From Pseudomonadota bacterium (GTDB taxonomy: Bacteria > Bdellovibrionota > FAC87 > UBA2466), in the NCBI GenBank assembly GCA_043767805.1, contig JAYUGC010000112.1:1-28631 (forward strand): a stretch of 28,631 nucleotides of DNA, read 5' to 3'. Under the pieces are notes generated by a model. It saw only the letters and a list, made by a program, of their open reading frames with translations. It had not been told where the DNA came from and did not search any database. Shown here piece by piece: positions 17,680 to 26,707 of this stretch (within the stretch, counting starts at the first letter, position 1; every line of letters starts with the position of its first letter). The position numbers and the translations under genes were made by a program.

Positions 17680-18450
17680 ATGCGTTTAATTGCCCTAACC
17701 CGTGCGGTGAGTGCTTCCCTCGCCGACTGCGAGCTGACTCATCTCCAGCGCGGAACGTTTGATTTGGAAAAGGCCGAGCGCCAGCACCTGAACTACGAAA
17801 GAGTCTTGCAGGATCTTGGTTGCGAAGTCCGACGCCTTCCCGGGAGCCCGGAGCTTCCCGATTGCGTTTTCGTCGAGGATACGGCGCTAGTGACCGAGGA
17901 CTTCGCCCTCATTACGCGTCCCGGCGCGGAAAGCCGCCGCCCGGAGCCCGCGGACACCGCCGCCGCTATAAAGGGATTTCGAACACTCCACGAAATCGAG
18001 AGCCCGGGAACTTTAGATGGCGGCGATGTCTTGAGAATCGGGCGCCTTCTCTACGTGGGCGTGGGGGCGCGTACAAATGCGGCGGGCGTGGGTCAGCTGG
18101 CCGCCCTCGCCGAGCCTTTCGGTTTTGAGGTCCACCCCGTTACCGTCGAGAAGTGCCTGCACCTGAAGACCGCCGTTACCCAGGTGGCCGGGGGTGTGCT
18201 GCTCTACAATCCGGACTGGGTGAGCGCTAATTCGCTTCCCGAGATGGAACTTCTTCCCGTAGATGCCACGGAACCCTTCGCGGCCAATAGCCTTCTCATT
18301 GGTAAGACTCTCGTTTACGGGGCGGGCCATCCTCGCACCGAGGCCCGGCTCAGAGCGCGAGGGATCGATCTGCGAATCGTGGACATCTCCGAGCTCGCCA
18401 AGGCGGAAGCCGGCGTGACTTGCTGCTCTATCGTTTTCTCCACTCCTTAA
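17680..18450 (+). CDS. ddaH: N(G),N(G)-dimethylarginine dimethylaminohydrolase (amidinotransferase superfamily)
   Basis: PDCVFVEDTA, TRPGAESRR, LDGGDV, LHLKTAV and catalytic AGVTCCS; 256 aa. Confidence 0.92.
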   Translation: MRLIALTRAVSASLADCELTHLQRGTFDLEKAERQHLNYERVLQDLGCEVRRLPGSPELPDCVFVEDTALVTEDFALITRPGAESRRPEPADTAAAIKGFRTLHEIESPGTLDGGDVLRIGRLLYVGVGARTNAAGVGQLAALAEPFGFEVHPVTVEKCLHLKTAVTQVAGGVLLYNPDWVSANSLPEMELLPVDATEPFAANSLLIGKTLVYGAGHPRTEARLRARGIDLRIVDISELAKAEAGVTCCSIVFSTP

Positions 18451-18488
18451 AAAAAAGCGGCCTGCCCTCCGTGAGGAAAGCAGGCCGC
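18449..18488 (-). terminator. Rho-independent terminator of the lipoprotein gene, lying between convergent genes
   Basis: gcggcctgc (18457-18465) / gcaggccgc (18480-18488) stem, followed on the minus strand by U8 (A-tract 18449-18456). Confidence 0.8.
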
Positions 18489-18511
18489 CTTCGATGAACT
18501 TTAAGCGTGAC

Positions 18512-19069
18512 TTAGTTGATGCCGTACGAGTGGAGAATGTAGGCCATGTTGTCGTCGCTGATGCGCTTATAGTGACGCTCTTTAACCTTCGAAATCGCCG
18601 GATTCGAATCCGGCATGACGAGGTCGTCGCCCGACGTGAGCTTCAGACCGTACACGTGCTGCGCGGAGCTGGAGCCCGACCAGATATTGGTCAAGTCGTT
18701 TCCGACGAGCGAGAAGTAACCTTCCGACGGGGCCTCTCCAGGAACCATGCGTTGGTAGGAAAACTTGAACTCATCGTAGTCTTGAATGAACGAGAAGAAG
18801 TGCCCATGCGAGGCGCCTTCGTCGACGGCGGTTTCCGTAGTCTGGCTCGCGAAAGTGATACCGACGAGTTGCCAGTTACCGAGAAGCTCGTTGAGCTCAA
18901 CCGTTTCAGCCGCGGCAACGCCAACCGGCGTGGCAGGCGCAGTAGGCGTGCCTTTGTCGCGAGGATCGTACGGATCGTTACCCGCTGCCGGCGCGAGCGG
19001 ACTCTTTTTGCTGCAGCCGGTAAGCCCGATGACGAGCGCCGACGCCACGAATACTAATTTACGGATCAT
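18512..19069 (-). CDS. Lipoprotein, possibly lipocalin-like beta barrel
   Basis: ATG 19069 has a GGGAG SD; lipobox LTGC; Pro/Ala linker; LLGNWQLVGI resembles the lipocalin GxW motif. Confidence 0.75.
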   Translation of the reverse strand: MIRKLVFVASALVIGLTGCSKKSPLAPAAGNDPYDPRDKGTPTAPATPVGVAAAETVELNELLGNWQLVGITFASQTTETAVDEGASHGHFFSFIQDYDEFKFSYQRMVPGEAPSEGYFSLVGNDLTNIWSGSSSAQHVYGLKLTSGDDLVMPDSNPAISKVKERHYKRISDDNMAYILHSYGIN

Positions 19070-19134
19070 AACTACTCCCGATGATGATGCAGGCCCCTGC
19101 GAGACCCAATGCCTCGCTTGCACCGGGGCTCCTG

Positions 19135-19150
19135 TGCAAAGCGTATTCCA
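19135..19150 (-). promoter_or_regulatory. Putative sigma-54 (-24/-12) promoter
   Basis: Minus strand TGGAATACGCTTTGCA, about 66 nt upstream of ATG 19069. Confidence 0.6.
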
Positions 19151-19217
19151 GGAGTCTTAGGCCCGCGCTTAAGAAAAAAGGCGGACGAAAGTTATACAGT
19201 GGGACAAAAAACGGCCC

Positions 19218-19943
19218 TTAATCGCGCCGGCCGCCCGCCAGGCGGAGGAGATTCAAGAATAAGTTGATGAAGTCGAGATAGAGAGTCAGCGCGCCGAAGA
19301 TGGCTGCCTTCTTCTCGAGAGCGGTGATTTCCCCGTTCACGGAGCCGCCGCCGAAGTTCATGTTCTTGATCTTCTGAGTGTCATAGGCCGTCAGGCCCGC
19401 GAAAATCAAGACGCCCAGGATGGAGTAAACCATCTGGCCTTGTCCGCCCATCATGGACGGGAAAATGAAGGATAGGAGCGCCCAGCCGATGAGGCCAAAG
19501 AGCGCCATGCCGCAGAACGCGCCCACGGGACCTAAGTCCCGCTTGGTGGTGTACCCAAGAAGGCTCAAGCCGCCGAATCCGCACGCGGTGGTCATGAACA
19601 CCCCGGCAATGCTGTCTCGCGTATAGATGAGAAAGATCGTCGAAAGCGTGATGCCCGTGAGGGCCGCGTACCCCAGATAAAGCCCCGTCGCGAGACTCGC
19701 GCTCATTTTTTGAAGGCCCGCGGAGAGCCAGATGACCGCGCCCAGCTGAGCGAAGATCAATCCGTAGAAGAGAATCTTGTTCTGAACGATTTGAACCACG
19801 ATTTCCGGGTTCTGCCCGATGAGGGTCGCCACCACCGCCGTGAGGAGGATTCCTCCCGTCATCCAGGTATAGACCCGGGACATGAAAGCCGCGCGGGCTT
19901 CGACCAAAGCATGAGAAGGAGCGACCTGTCTTACGTAGTTCAT
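19218..19943 (-). CDS. Bax inhibitor-1/YccA (YbhL-like) membrane protein
   Basis: FMSRVYTWM, GYTTKRDL, FAGLTAYDTQKIK, GALTLYLDFINLF; about 7 TM helices. Confidence 0.95.
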   Translation of the reverse strand: MNYVRQVAPSHALVEARAAFMSRVYTWMTGGILLTAVVATLIGQNPEIVVQIVQNKILFYGLIFAQLGAVIWLSAGLQKMSASLATGLYLGYAALTGITLSTIFLIYTRDSIAGVFMTTACGFGGLSLLGYTTKRDLGPVGAFCGMALFGLIGWALLSFIFPSMMGGQGQMVYSILGVLIFAGLTAYDTQKIKNMNFGGGSVNGEITALEKKAAIFGALTLYLDFINLFLNLLRLAGGRRD

Positions 19944-20037
19944 GAGGGCATTCTATGTCGGGTATTTCCTGTCCGCAATGCCGAGTTCGACTAAGTAAGA
20001 CTTGTCCCGGCAAGCCCCGCCCAGTAGGTAACAAAGC

Positions 20038-21882
20038 ATGATGCGGTTGTGGTTCTCCCTGGGAAGCTCGTTGGTCTTGGTATTTCTTACGGCCGCCGGC
20101 CCCGCGGCGGGACCCGGGGCGCGCCTCGCCGCAGAAGCCCGGGCGCTGAAAGGCAAAGGCCGGCCGGAAGCGGTGCAAATGGGCGAGACCCGTGCAACTC
20201 TGCTCCAAAGCTTGAGTGAGCTGGATTCCTTTCTGACCCATTCGGGGAGTGCGATTGCGGCGGGATGGAAGCGTTATCTGAGATGGACCGAACTGCAAAA
20301 AGAGCTCGCGAAGCCCGCTCTTTCCGCCGACCCGAAGGTGCTCTTCACTGTCTACCAACTCTACCTCGCGAGCCAGAACGGCCTTGAGCTCGCGCCCTTC
20401 CTCAAAGTAAGAACGGCGCTCGGCTGGCATGCGCAAAGAGTCTCGGTGGCGGCGACCGCCGATTTCTCCCAGCGATTCGATGACCAGCTCGAAGCGCTCG
20501 CGGGAAAGCTGTCTCAATGGGACGCGAGTCAGGACTCCACCGCCCTCTCGAGGGCGGGAAGCTCGCTCGGATGGCTGACCGCCTCGACGCAAGTGGCTCC
20601 GTTGGTTTCTCACGTGCGCGCCGAGCTCTCCCACCCGAACGCCCGGTTTTTGATCGATGCGAAACTCATCCCTTTCGATACGTTCACGCGAAACGTCGAC
20701 CAGAGCGAAGTGATTCAAGATGCCTTCCAAGACATCGCGCTCACGGTGCGGGCCCGCACTCAAGGGCAGCTCACCGCGTCGCTCGCGACCGGTCGGCAAA
20801 CCGCGGAAATGCTCTTTCATCTGGATGCGTCCACCCTCGCCAGCTCCGTCGGGTACAAGGATCCGGTGACCCTGTGGGGCACGAGCAACACCCGCACACT
20901 CGTCGACAAATCGCTTTATCTGGATGCCGAGGGCATTCACACCCGGCCCGCGGTGGCCCGCTCCTGGACAGCTTCTCGCATCGACAACCTCTCCGTGCCT
21001 CACCAGCTCTTTTGGCGCATTATCGAGCGCATCGCCTGGCGCAAAGCGCTCGAAATGCAGCCCGCCGCGGATGCGGCCATGTCGCGCAAAGCGGAAAGCC
21101 GGTTCGCGCCTCAGGTGGATCTAGAGTTCGCGAAAATCGCCGATAACGCCATCGAGTACGTGAACTCGTTTTACAAAGAGAACTTGTTAAAGCCCATGCG
21201 GCGCGCGGGAACCTTCCCTGAGCTCTTTCAAATGTCGAGTAGCGCCCAAGGCATCGGCCTCGTGGCCAGCAAAGCCGACGGTTTTCAGCTCGGCGCGCCG
21301 ACGCTTGCGCCCGCGCTGCTTGCGGCGCCCAAGGGCATCAGCTTTCAAGTCCACGCTTCCTTCCTGGAAAATTTCGGCGAGCGCTCGCTCGGCGGAAAGA
21401 CCGTGACCGATGAGAGCGTGGAAACGCTCGTGCGCGTGCTCGCCGGAGAAATTCCCGAAGCGCTTTGGGTAGGCGACGGCGCGAAACGCTGGTCAGTCTC
21501 GTTCCCCACCGAGGGAGCCGTGAAGGCCCGTTTGGAAGGCAATCAGTTCGAGCTCAGATTTCTCATGAACGGCTCGACCGTCGATGGAAAAGCGTCGCGC
21601 CTCCCCTTCGAAGTCTCGGCTAAATACGGCTTTCAGCGAGACGTGGCGGGCGTCAAAACCGTGCGGCAGGGCAAGGTCCTCGTGCAGGCCCCGAAAAGCG
21701 CCGCGCCGGAAGACCTCGACCGAATCGCGTTTTTGACGACAAAGTTCGACGCGTTCTTCGCGGAAGAGATCCGGCTAGATTTCAACTCCCTGCCCGGGAT
21801 GATTCCCACGAAGGGCATGGATCAGCTCCGCTTGAGGGACGTTCGCATCGAAAATGGCTGGGCCACTACCGCGGTTTACTAA
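20038..21882 (+). CDS. Secreted hypothetical protein (helical N-terminus, long beta-rich body)
   Basis: 614-aa ORF with signal peptide MMRLWFSLGSSLVLVFLTAAGPAAG and normal composition; it fills the gap between flanking genes. Confidence 0.75.
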   Translation: MMRLWFSLGSSLVLVFLTAAGPAAGPGARLAAEARALKGKGRPEAVQMGETRATLLQSLSELDSFLTHSGSAIAAGWKRYLRWTELQKELAKPALSADPKVLFTVYQLYLASQNGLELAPFLKVRTALGWHAQRVSVAATADFSQRFDDQLEALAGKLSQWDASQDSTALSRAGSSLGWLTASTQVAPLVSHVRAELSHPNARFLIDAKLIPFDTFTRNVDQSEVIQDAFQDIALTVRARTQGQLTASLATGRQTAEMLFHLDASTLASSVGYKDPVTLWGTSNTRTLVDKSLYLDAEGIHTRPAVARSWTASRIDNLSVPHQLFWRIIERIAWRKALEMQPAADAAMSRKAESRFAPQVDLEFAKIADNAIEYVNSFYKENLLKPMRRAGTFPELFQMSSSAQGIGLVASKADGFQLGAPTLAPALLAAPKGISFQVHASFLENFGERSLGGKTVTDESVETLVRVLAGEIPEALWVGDGAKRWSVSFPTEGAVKARLEGNQFELRFLMNGSTVDGKASRLPFEVSAKYGFQRDVAGVKTVRQGKVLVQAPKSAAPEDLDRIAFLTTKFDAFFAEEIRLDFNSLPGMIPTKGMDQLRLRDVRIENGWATTAVY

Positions 21883-22667
21883 GGCCCGCCCACGAGGGCG
21901 TTGCAGGCGCCGAGCGCAATCTGCGAACCTTGATAGTCACAGCTATCGGTGACCTTCGTTTTCACCCAGCCCGCTTCCGCTCCCGTGCCGGAGCTCGGGA
22001 AAGAGCAGACCGTCTCGTCTCTCGCGTGGCGCGTGGCCTCGAGACAGAAAGAGAGCTGAGACGAAGCACCACACCATTTATTGGTGCGGATATTGGCCGC
22101 TTTCGCGCCGAGCCCGGTGTAGGTACACACCACTCCGCCGCCCGCCGCTCTCGTAGCCTCAAGGCACTCGGCGCGGGAGCTGTGGGGACGCCGGCCAAGA
22201 CCCATGCCGGTCTCCACATTCGTCGGCCGCCAGCCGGACTCGTTCCAGCCTTCGGGGCCGACCGGCATCGACGGCGTAAAGAGCGCGCATACCACGCCGC
22301 CGCTCGCGGCCGTTCTGACTTCGTCGCAGTTGGCTTGAGAATCGTGTGTATCGATCCGCACGCCGGCGAAACGGCGCACTAGCTCGGAGCGAGCTCCGTT
22401 CGGGCGACAAAGCAGAGAGTCCGCAGTGAGGTCGCGCTCTTTCTCGCGGACCGGGTTGTACTCCCAGTCGCGCGGCAATTCCTTATAGATCGAAGACGTA
22501 TGTTGAGATGGATCGTAAGCTTTCACGAGGCCCGCGCTTTTGACTCGCGGAAGTAACGCTTTGTAAGCCGCAATTTTCGCCGGCGGCATGAGGCTCACCG
22601 CGCGGTTCAAAGGGCGCGCGCTGGCCAAAGGGCTCAGCAAAGCCACAATCAACAAAAGGAAACCCAC
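21879..22667 (-). CDS. Secreted Cys-rich protein with three internal repeats
   Basis: GTG 22667 has a GGAGAG SD; signal GFLLLIVALLSPLASA; repeats CDEVRTAASGGVVC / CLEATRAAGGGVVC / CLEATRHARDETVC. Confidence 0.7.
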   Translation of the reverse strand: MGFLLLIVALLSPLASARPLNRAVSLMPPAKIAAYKALLPRVKSAGLVKAYDPSQHTSSIYKELPRDWEYNPVREKERDLTADSLLCRPNGARSELVRRFAGVRIDTHDSQANCDEVRTAASGGVVCALFTPSMPVGPEGWNESGWRPTNVETGMGLGRRPHSSRAECLEATRAAGGGVVCTYTGLGAKAANIRTNKWCGASSQLSFCLEATRHARDETVCSFPSSGTGAEAGWVKTKVTDSCDYQGSQIALGACNALVGGP

Positions 22668-22856
22668 GGGCGTCTCTCCCCGTGAACGGTCCAAGAATGG
22701 AATCGGTAGTTTTAGTATGGCTCGTCAGGCGAAAAGATCAGGCGGAGCCAGCCATTGCCCTTAACCGCCGTTAAACTAGCCCGCCGAGTCATGTCTGAGC
22801 CTTGACGTCCTGCTCCGAGATCCGGATTCTGCGATCTCAAACTTGGGGGAATGCAG

Positions 22857-23816
22857 ATGAAGGTAAATCTCGGTTGGGTTTTAGTTAGCGTGGGTTTGGC
22901 CGCTCTGTTCGCATGCTCGGATAAAAAGGCGGAAGAGACTCAGCAAGGCGAGGCCAGCGCGCCGAAGCTAATGCTCGAGTGCTCTTTGGCAAGTCCGACG
23001 CTCATGGATGGCCCCCCTCTCAAGCTGAAAGTGGCGAAGCTTTGGATTGCCTCCGAGCGAACCAGGATCCTACGCGCGTTCGAGTTTCCCGCGGGCCGAG
23101 TCATCCTCAATCCTTATTCCCTGAAAAAATCGGAGATCGCACCCGCCTGGATCACCGAGCTTTCGGAACGAAAGCTCGCGACCGATTGGAGCTCCGCTTT
23201 CCGCTTCCGGTTTCGCGATCGGGAGAAACTGATTTTGCTCGATGGCGCGGAGAGCAGCGGCTTACTCGTCACCCTCAACTCCGTGCAAAAGGGACTCGGG
23301 CTCGCGGACAAGGGCGGAGAGCTAGCTTTGCTCCACTGCGCGAACATCGAAGCGGGCACGGTCACCGCCCATCAGCAGCTCGCGCCCGACGATGCTCCCG
23401 TCGAGCCCGAGCCTCAAATCGGTTGCGCCGATGGAACCACCGAACAGGATTTTGGAAATAAGATGATTGGTTGCACGGGCAAAGTGGGGTGGCTCAAGCG
23501 CGCCACTCTCTGCGGCGTCGGCTGGAAAGTTTGCACGGCAAAAGAGTGGGTGGCCCGCCGCACGAATCAACCGCCGAAATTCAACTATTGGACGGACGAC
23601 GCGCTCAAGTACGGCGGCTCGAGCTCGGGCAATTGCTCCGTGTCGCTCCAAGCCGGAAATAGCTGCTCGGCGGACTCGCCCATGCGAGTGTGTATTTCGG
23701 AAACCGATCCGCTGGGCAATGCCTGCACCTGGACTCGCTGCGGGTTGGATACCACTTCCAATCAATTCTTCGGCGGCTGCGTGCAAGCTTCGTCTTCCAC
23801 GCTGTGTTGTCAGTGA
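22857..23816 (+). CDS. Lipoprotein with a C-terminal disulfide-rich domain
   Basis: GGGGGA SD before ATG 22857; lipobox LFAC; C-terminal GCADGT...LCGVGWKVC...FFGGC...LCCQ with 12 Cys. Confidence 0.78.
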   Translation: MKVNLGWVLVSVGLAALFACSDKKAEETQQGEASAPKLMLECSLASPTLMDGPPLKLKVAKLWIASERTRILRAFEFPAGRVILNPYSLKKSEIAPAWITELSERKLATDWSSAFRFRFRDREKLILLDGAESSGLLVTLNSVQKGLGLADKGGELALLHCANIEAGTVTAHQQLAPDDAPVEPEPQIGCADGTTEQDFGNKMIGCTGKVGWLKRATLCGVGWKVCTAKEWVARRTNQPPKFNYWTDDALKYGGSSSGNCSVSLQAGNSCSADSPMRVCISETDPLGNACTWTRCGLDTTSNQFFGGCVQASSSTLCCQ

Positions 23817-23817
23817 G

Positions 23818-25209
23818 CTAGCGAACTAGCTGGGCGGTGAAGCGGCGGCCCTTGATGCGCCCGCCCTGAAAATGAGAGAGCGCCGTCCGCACGGCGACTT
23901 GAGCGACCGCGACGAAAGCAACGCGATCCAAGATCTCGATCTTTCCGACCTGATCGCCTTTGAGTCCGCCCTCGCCCGTGAGGGCGCCGAGGATGTCGCC
24001 GGGACGAAGCTTGTCTTTGCGGCCGCCGCCGAGGGAAATCGTCGCCATGGGAACTTCCGCGACCGGCTTCTCGGAGGGCGCGGTCTTTAGCTCGCTCGCG
24101 TGGCGAAGGGTCAGCTCGATGCCGGTGATGGCCTGGATGCGCTCGAGCTTCGCGCTTTCCACGTCGGTCACGAAGGAAACGGCAAGGCCTTTGGCCCCCG
24201 CCCTTCCCGTACGGCCGATGCGATGGACGTATTGCTCGGGGTCCGACGGCAAATCGTAATTGACCACGGCATCTAGTCCCGCGACGTCGATGCCGCGCGC
24301 GGCGACGTCGGTCGCGACCAAAAAGCGAGTGCTGCGGTTTCTAAATTTCGCCATCACTCGTTCGCGCTCGCTTTGTTCCAAGTCGCCATGCAAGCGATCG
24401 CTCGAGAGACCCGCCTCGCGGAGAACGGTCGCGACTTCGTCGACACGAACTTTCAAGTTACAAAAAACCAAAGCGGAAGTGAGCGGACGGGACGCGAGAA
24501 ATGCGAGCAGCGCTTCGGGCTTCTTCTCGGCTCGCACGATGTAACCGATGGCCTCGATGTCGGGCACTTCCGCGACGTCCGTCTCCACGGTCACTCGCTG
24601 GGGGTTTTTCTGAAAGCGGCGGCTCAAGTTTTCGATGGTCGAGGGAAACGTCGCCGAAAAAAGCGCCGTCTGCCGCTCCTTCGCCGTCTTTTGCAAAATC
24701 GTCTCGATGCTTTCCCGAAAGCCCATGTCGAGCATCCGATCCGCTTCATCCAAAACGACCGTTTTCACCGTACTGAGATCTAGCGACTTGCGGTTCAGAT
24801 GGTCGAGAATGCGGCCAGGAGTACCCACCACGACTTGCGCGCCATGTTCTAAGGGCGCGAGCTGCAGGCGCACCGGATGACCGCCCGAGAGGATGAGGAC
24901 TTGAAGGTCTTTCTTATAGCGGCCGAGCTTTCGCACCTCGCGAGCCACCTGCGTGCAGAGCTCCCGGGTGGGGCAAAGTACCAAAACCTGGAGCTGGCGG
25001 GTGGAGGTATCCGTCTTTTCGAGAAAAGGGATGGCGAAAGCCGCGGTCTTGCCGCTTCCGGTCTTGGACTGCCCGATGAGATCCCGGCCTTCCAAAAGCA
25101 TAGGAATACTCAAGGCTTGGATGGGAGTAAGGCTATGGTAGCCCATCTCCGCGACTACCTGGCAGATGCCTTCAGATAGCGCTAAATCTGGGAAGCGGGT
25201 CGGCGGCAT
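23818..25209 (-). CDS. dbpA: ATP-dependent RNA helicase DbpA
   Basis: Q motif TPIQ, TGSGKT, PTREL, DEAD, SAT, HRIGRTGRAG and the C-terminal DbpA RNA-binding domain GGRKDKLRPGDILGALT. Confidence 0.95.
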   Translation of the reverse strand: MPPTRFPDLALSEGICQVVAEMGYHSLTPIQALSIPMLLEGRDLIGQSKTGSGKTAAFAIPFLEKTDTSTRQLQVLVLCPTRELCTQVAREVRKLGRYKKDLQVLILSGGHPVRLQLAPLEHGAQVVVGTPGRILDHLNRKSLDLSTVKTVVLDEADRMLDMGFRESIETILQKTAKERQTALFSATFPSTIENLSRRFQKNPQRVTVETDVAEVPDIEAIGYIVRAEKKPEALLAFLASRPLTSALVFCNLKVRVDEVATVLREAGLSSDRLHGDLEQSERERVMAKFRNRSTRFLVATDVAARGIDVAGLDAVVNYDLPSDPEQYVHRIGRTGRAGAKGLAVSFVTDVESAKLERIQAITGIELTLRHASELKTAPSEKPVAEVPMATISLGGGRKDKLRPGDILGALTGEGGLKGDQVGKIEILDRVAFVAVAQVAVRTALSHFQGGRIKGRRFTAQLVR

Positions 25210-25270
25210 AGAGGAGAGCCAATACCATAAACGGAGGGAGGCCCGGGGAACTATTGTGCTAGAGGAAGGG

Positions 25271-26707
25271 GTGGGGTTTTCAGAGGACGAACTTTTTGAA
25301 TGGGTGGAGCGTCAGGCCGCCCTGGGGCCTAGGCGCGCGGGTAGCCCCGCGGGTATCCAGAACGAGGATTTTCTCTTCTCCCAGCTGACCGCCTTTGGTC
25401 TCAAGCGCGTGCGGCGAGAGCCGGTTCCGGTCACGCATTGGAATCCCAAGCGATCCGCTTTCGAAGTCGAGGGACGACTGTTTGAGATTTTTCCCATTCC
25501 CTACACCGCCCTCACTAGGGAAGCCGGGGTGGAAGGCTCACTCGTCTTCGCGAAGGGCCGGGACATCATCGGCTCGGCGAAGTGGAAAGGCCGCATCGTC
25601 GTCGCCGAGATTGGATTTCCCGCGCTCGATGCCGCTCGTTTGCTCGGCCTTTCGCTCGGCAGTTACGATCCCGAGAACACGCTCACGAAGGTAAATCACC
25701 CGGCCACTTGGATTCGTCTCGGCTGGCATCTCTACAAGCTCGCGGCGAAGCATGGCGCGGTGGGGTTCGTCGGCATCTTGAAAGATCAGCCGGGGGGCAC
25801 TTGCCGCATGTACGCGCCGTACGGGTTTCGGGAAAAGGATATCTTGAATAAGCCCATTCCGGGTTTGTGGGCGAGACGCGACGATGGCGAAGCGCTCATC
25901 CGTCTCGCGCGCGCGGGTGCCAAGGCTCGGCTAATCTCGACCGGAACCCACGAAAGTAAGCTGTCTCACAATATCGTCGGAGAAATCGACGGCACCGGCG
26001 ATGAGGTCCTGGTGCTGAGCAGCCATCACGATTCTCCCTTCGCCTCTCCCGTGGAAGATGGGACGGGGGTCGCGGTGGTTCTCGCTCTTGCCCGTCACTT
26101 CGCCAAACGAGACAAACTGAAAAGGCGCCTCGTCGTCGTTTTCACCTCTGGGCATTTTTACGGGTCCATCGGCACGCGAACCTTTCTTGCCCGCCACCGC
26201 GCGGATATCGTCGCCAAGACCGCGCTCGAGATTTCCATCGAGCACATTGCGCTCGAGGCCAAGGAAAGCGGCGGCTACTTAGTGAGCACCGGCTTACCGG
26301 AGCCAACTGGATTTTTCATTTCGTTGAATCGTCCCTTGCGAGACGCCGTGCAAGCTTGCGTCGAAACGCACGGCTTGAGTCGATCTTTAATTTTACCGGC
26401 CGAGGGACCTCTCGGAGATTACCCTCCTACCGACGGAGGCGATTGGCATAAGGCCGGCGTGCCGGTGGTCAACGCCATCAGCAATCCCGTGTATCTTCTT
26501 ACGGACGACGACGCGCTTCGCTGGGTGGATAAGGGGCGTCTGGCAAAGACCGCGAGCTGCTTTGCTGAGCTCATCGAGAAAGTAGACGGTATAGCGCGGC
26601 AAGACTTGGCCCGTCTCGACTTCCCCGCGCGGCTTCTCGGCTTAAAATTTCTTAAACATGTCGTCAAAGCCAAGACCACCTGGCTCGGCCTCCGCCCCAC
26701 CGTCTAA
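25271..26707 (+). CDS. M28-family peptidase-like protein with PA domain
   Basis: LGPRRAGS, NIVGEIDG, SSHHDS, VEDGTGVAVVLALA, FTSGHFYG, TDGG. GTG 25271 follows GAGGAAGGG and avoids overlap with dbpA. Confidence 0.82.
   Translation: MGFSEDELFEWVERQAALGPRRAGSPAGIQNEDFLFSQLTAFGLKRVRREPVPVTHWNPKRSAFEVEGRLFEIFPIPYTALTREAGVEGSLVFAKGRDIIGSAKWKGRIVVAEIGFPALDAARLLGLSLGSYDPENTLTKVNHPATWIRLGWHLYKLAAKHGAVGFVGILKDQPGGTCRMYAPYGFREKDILNKPIPGLWARRDDGEALIRLARAGAKARLISTGTHESKLSHNIVGEIDGTGDEVLVLSSHHDSPFASPVEDGTGVAVVLALARHFAKRDKLKRRLVVVFTSGHFYGSIGTRTFLARHRADIVAKTALEISIEHIALEAKESGGYLVSTGLPEPTGFFISLNRPLRDAVQACVETHGLSRSLILPAEGPLGDYPPTDGGDWHKAGVPVVNAISNPVYLLTDDDALRWVDKGRLAKTASCFAELIEKVDGIARQDLARLDFPARLLGLKFLKHVVKAKTTWLGLRPTV

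Noticed and set aside
19381..21003. 540-aa minus-strand ORF
   Set aside because: Arg/Gly-rich shadow ORF, antisense to the 614-aa gene and out of frame over the BI-1 gene; no motifs.
22750..22770. Possible sigma-54 motif CGGAGCCAGCCATTGC upstream of the lipoprotein at 22857
   Set aside because: GG-to-GC spacing is 11 nt rather than the required 10.
25166..25270. ORF-track N-terminal extensions (also 324-374, 5974-6012, 14289-14342, 19070-19123)
   Set aside because: They overlap divergent genes or promoter regions, while downstream starts have SD or -10 support and give clean signal peptides or domain starts.
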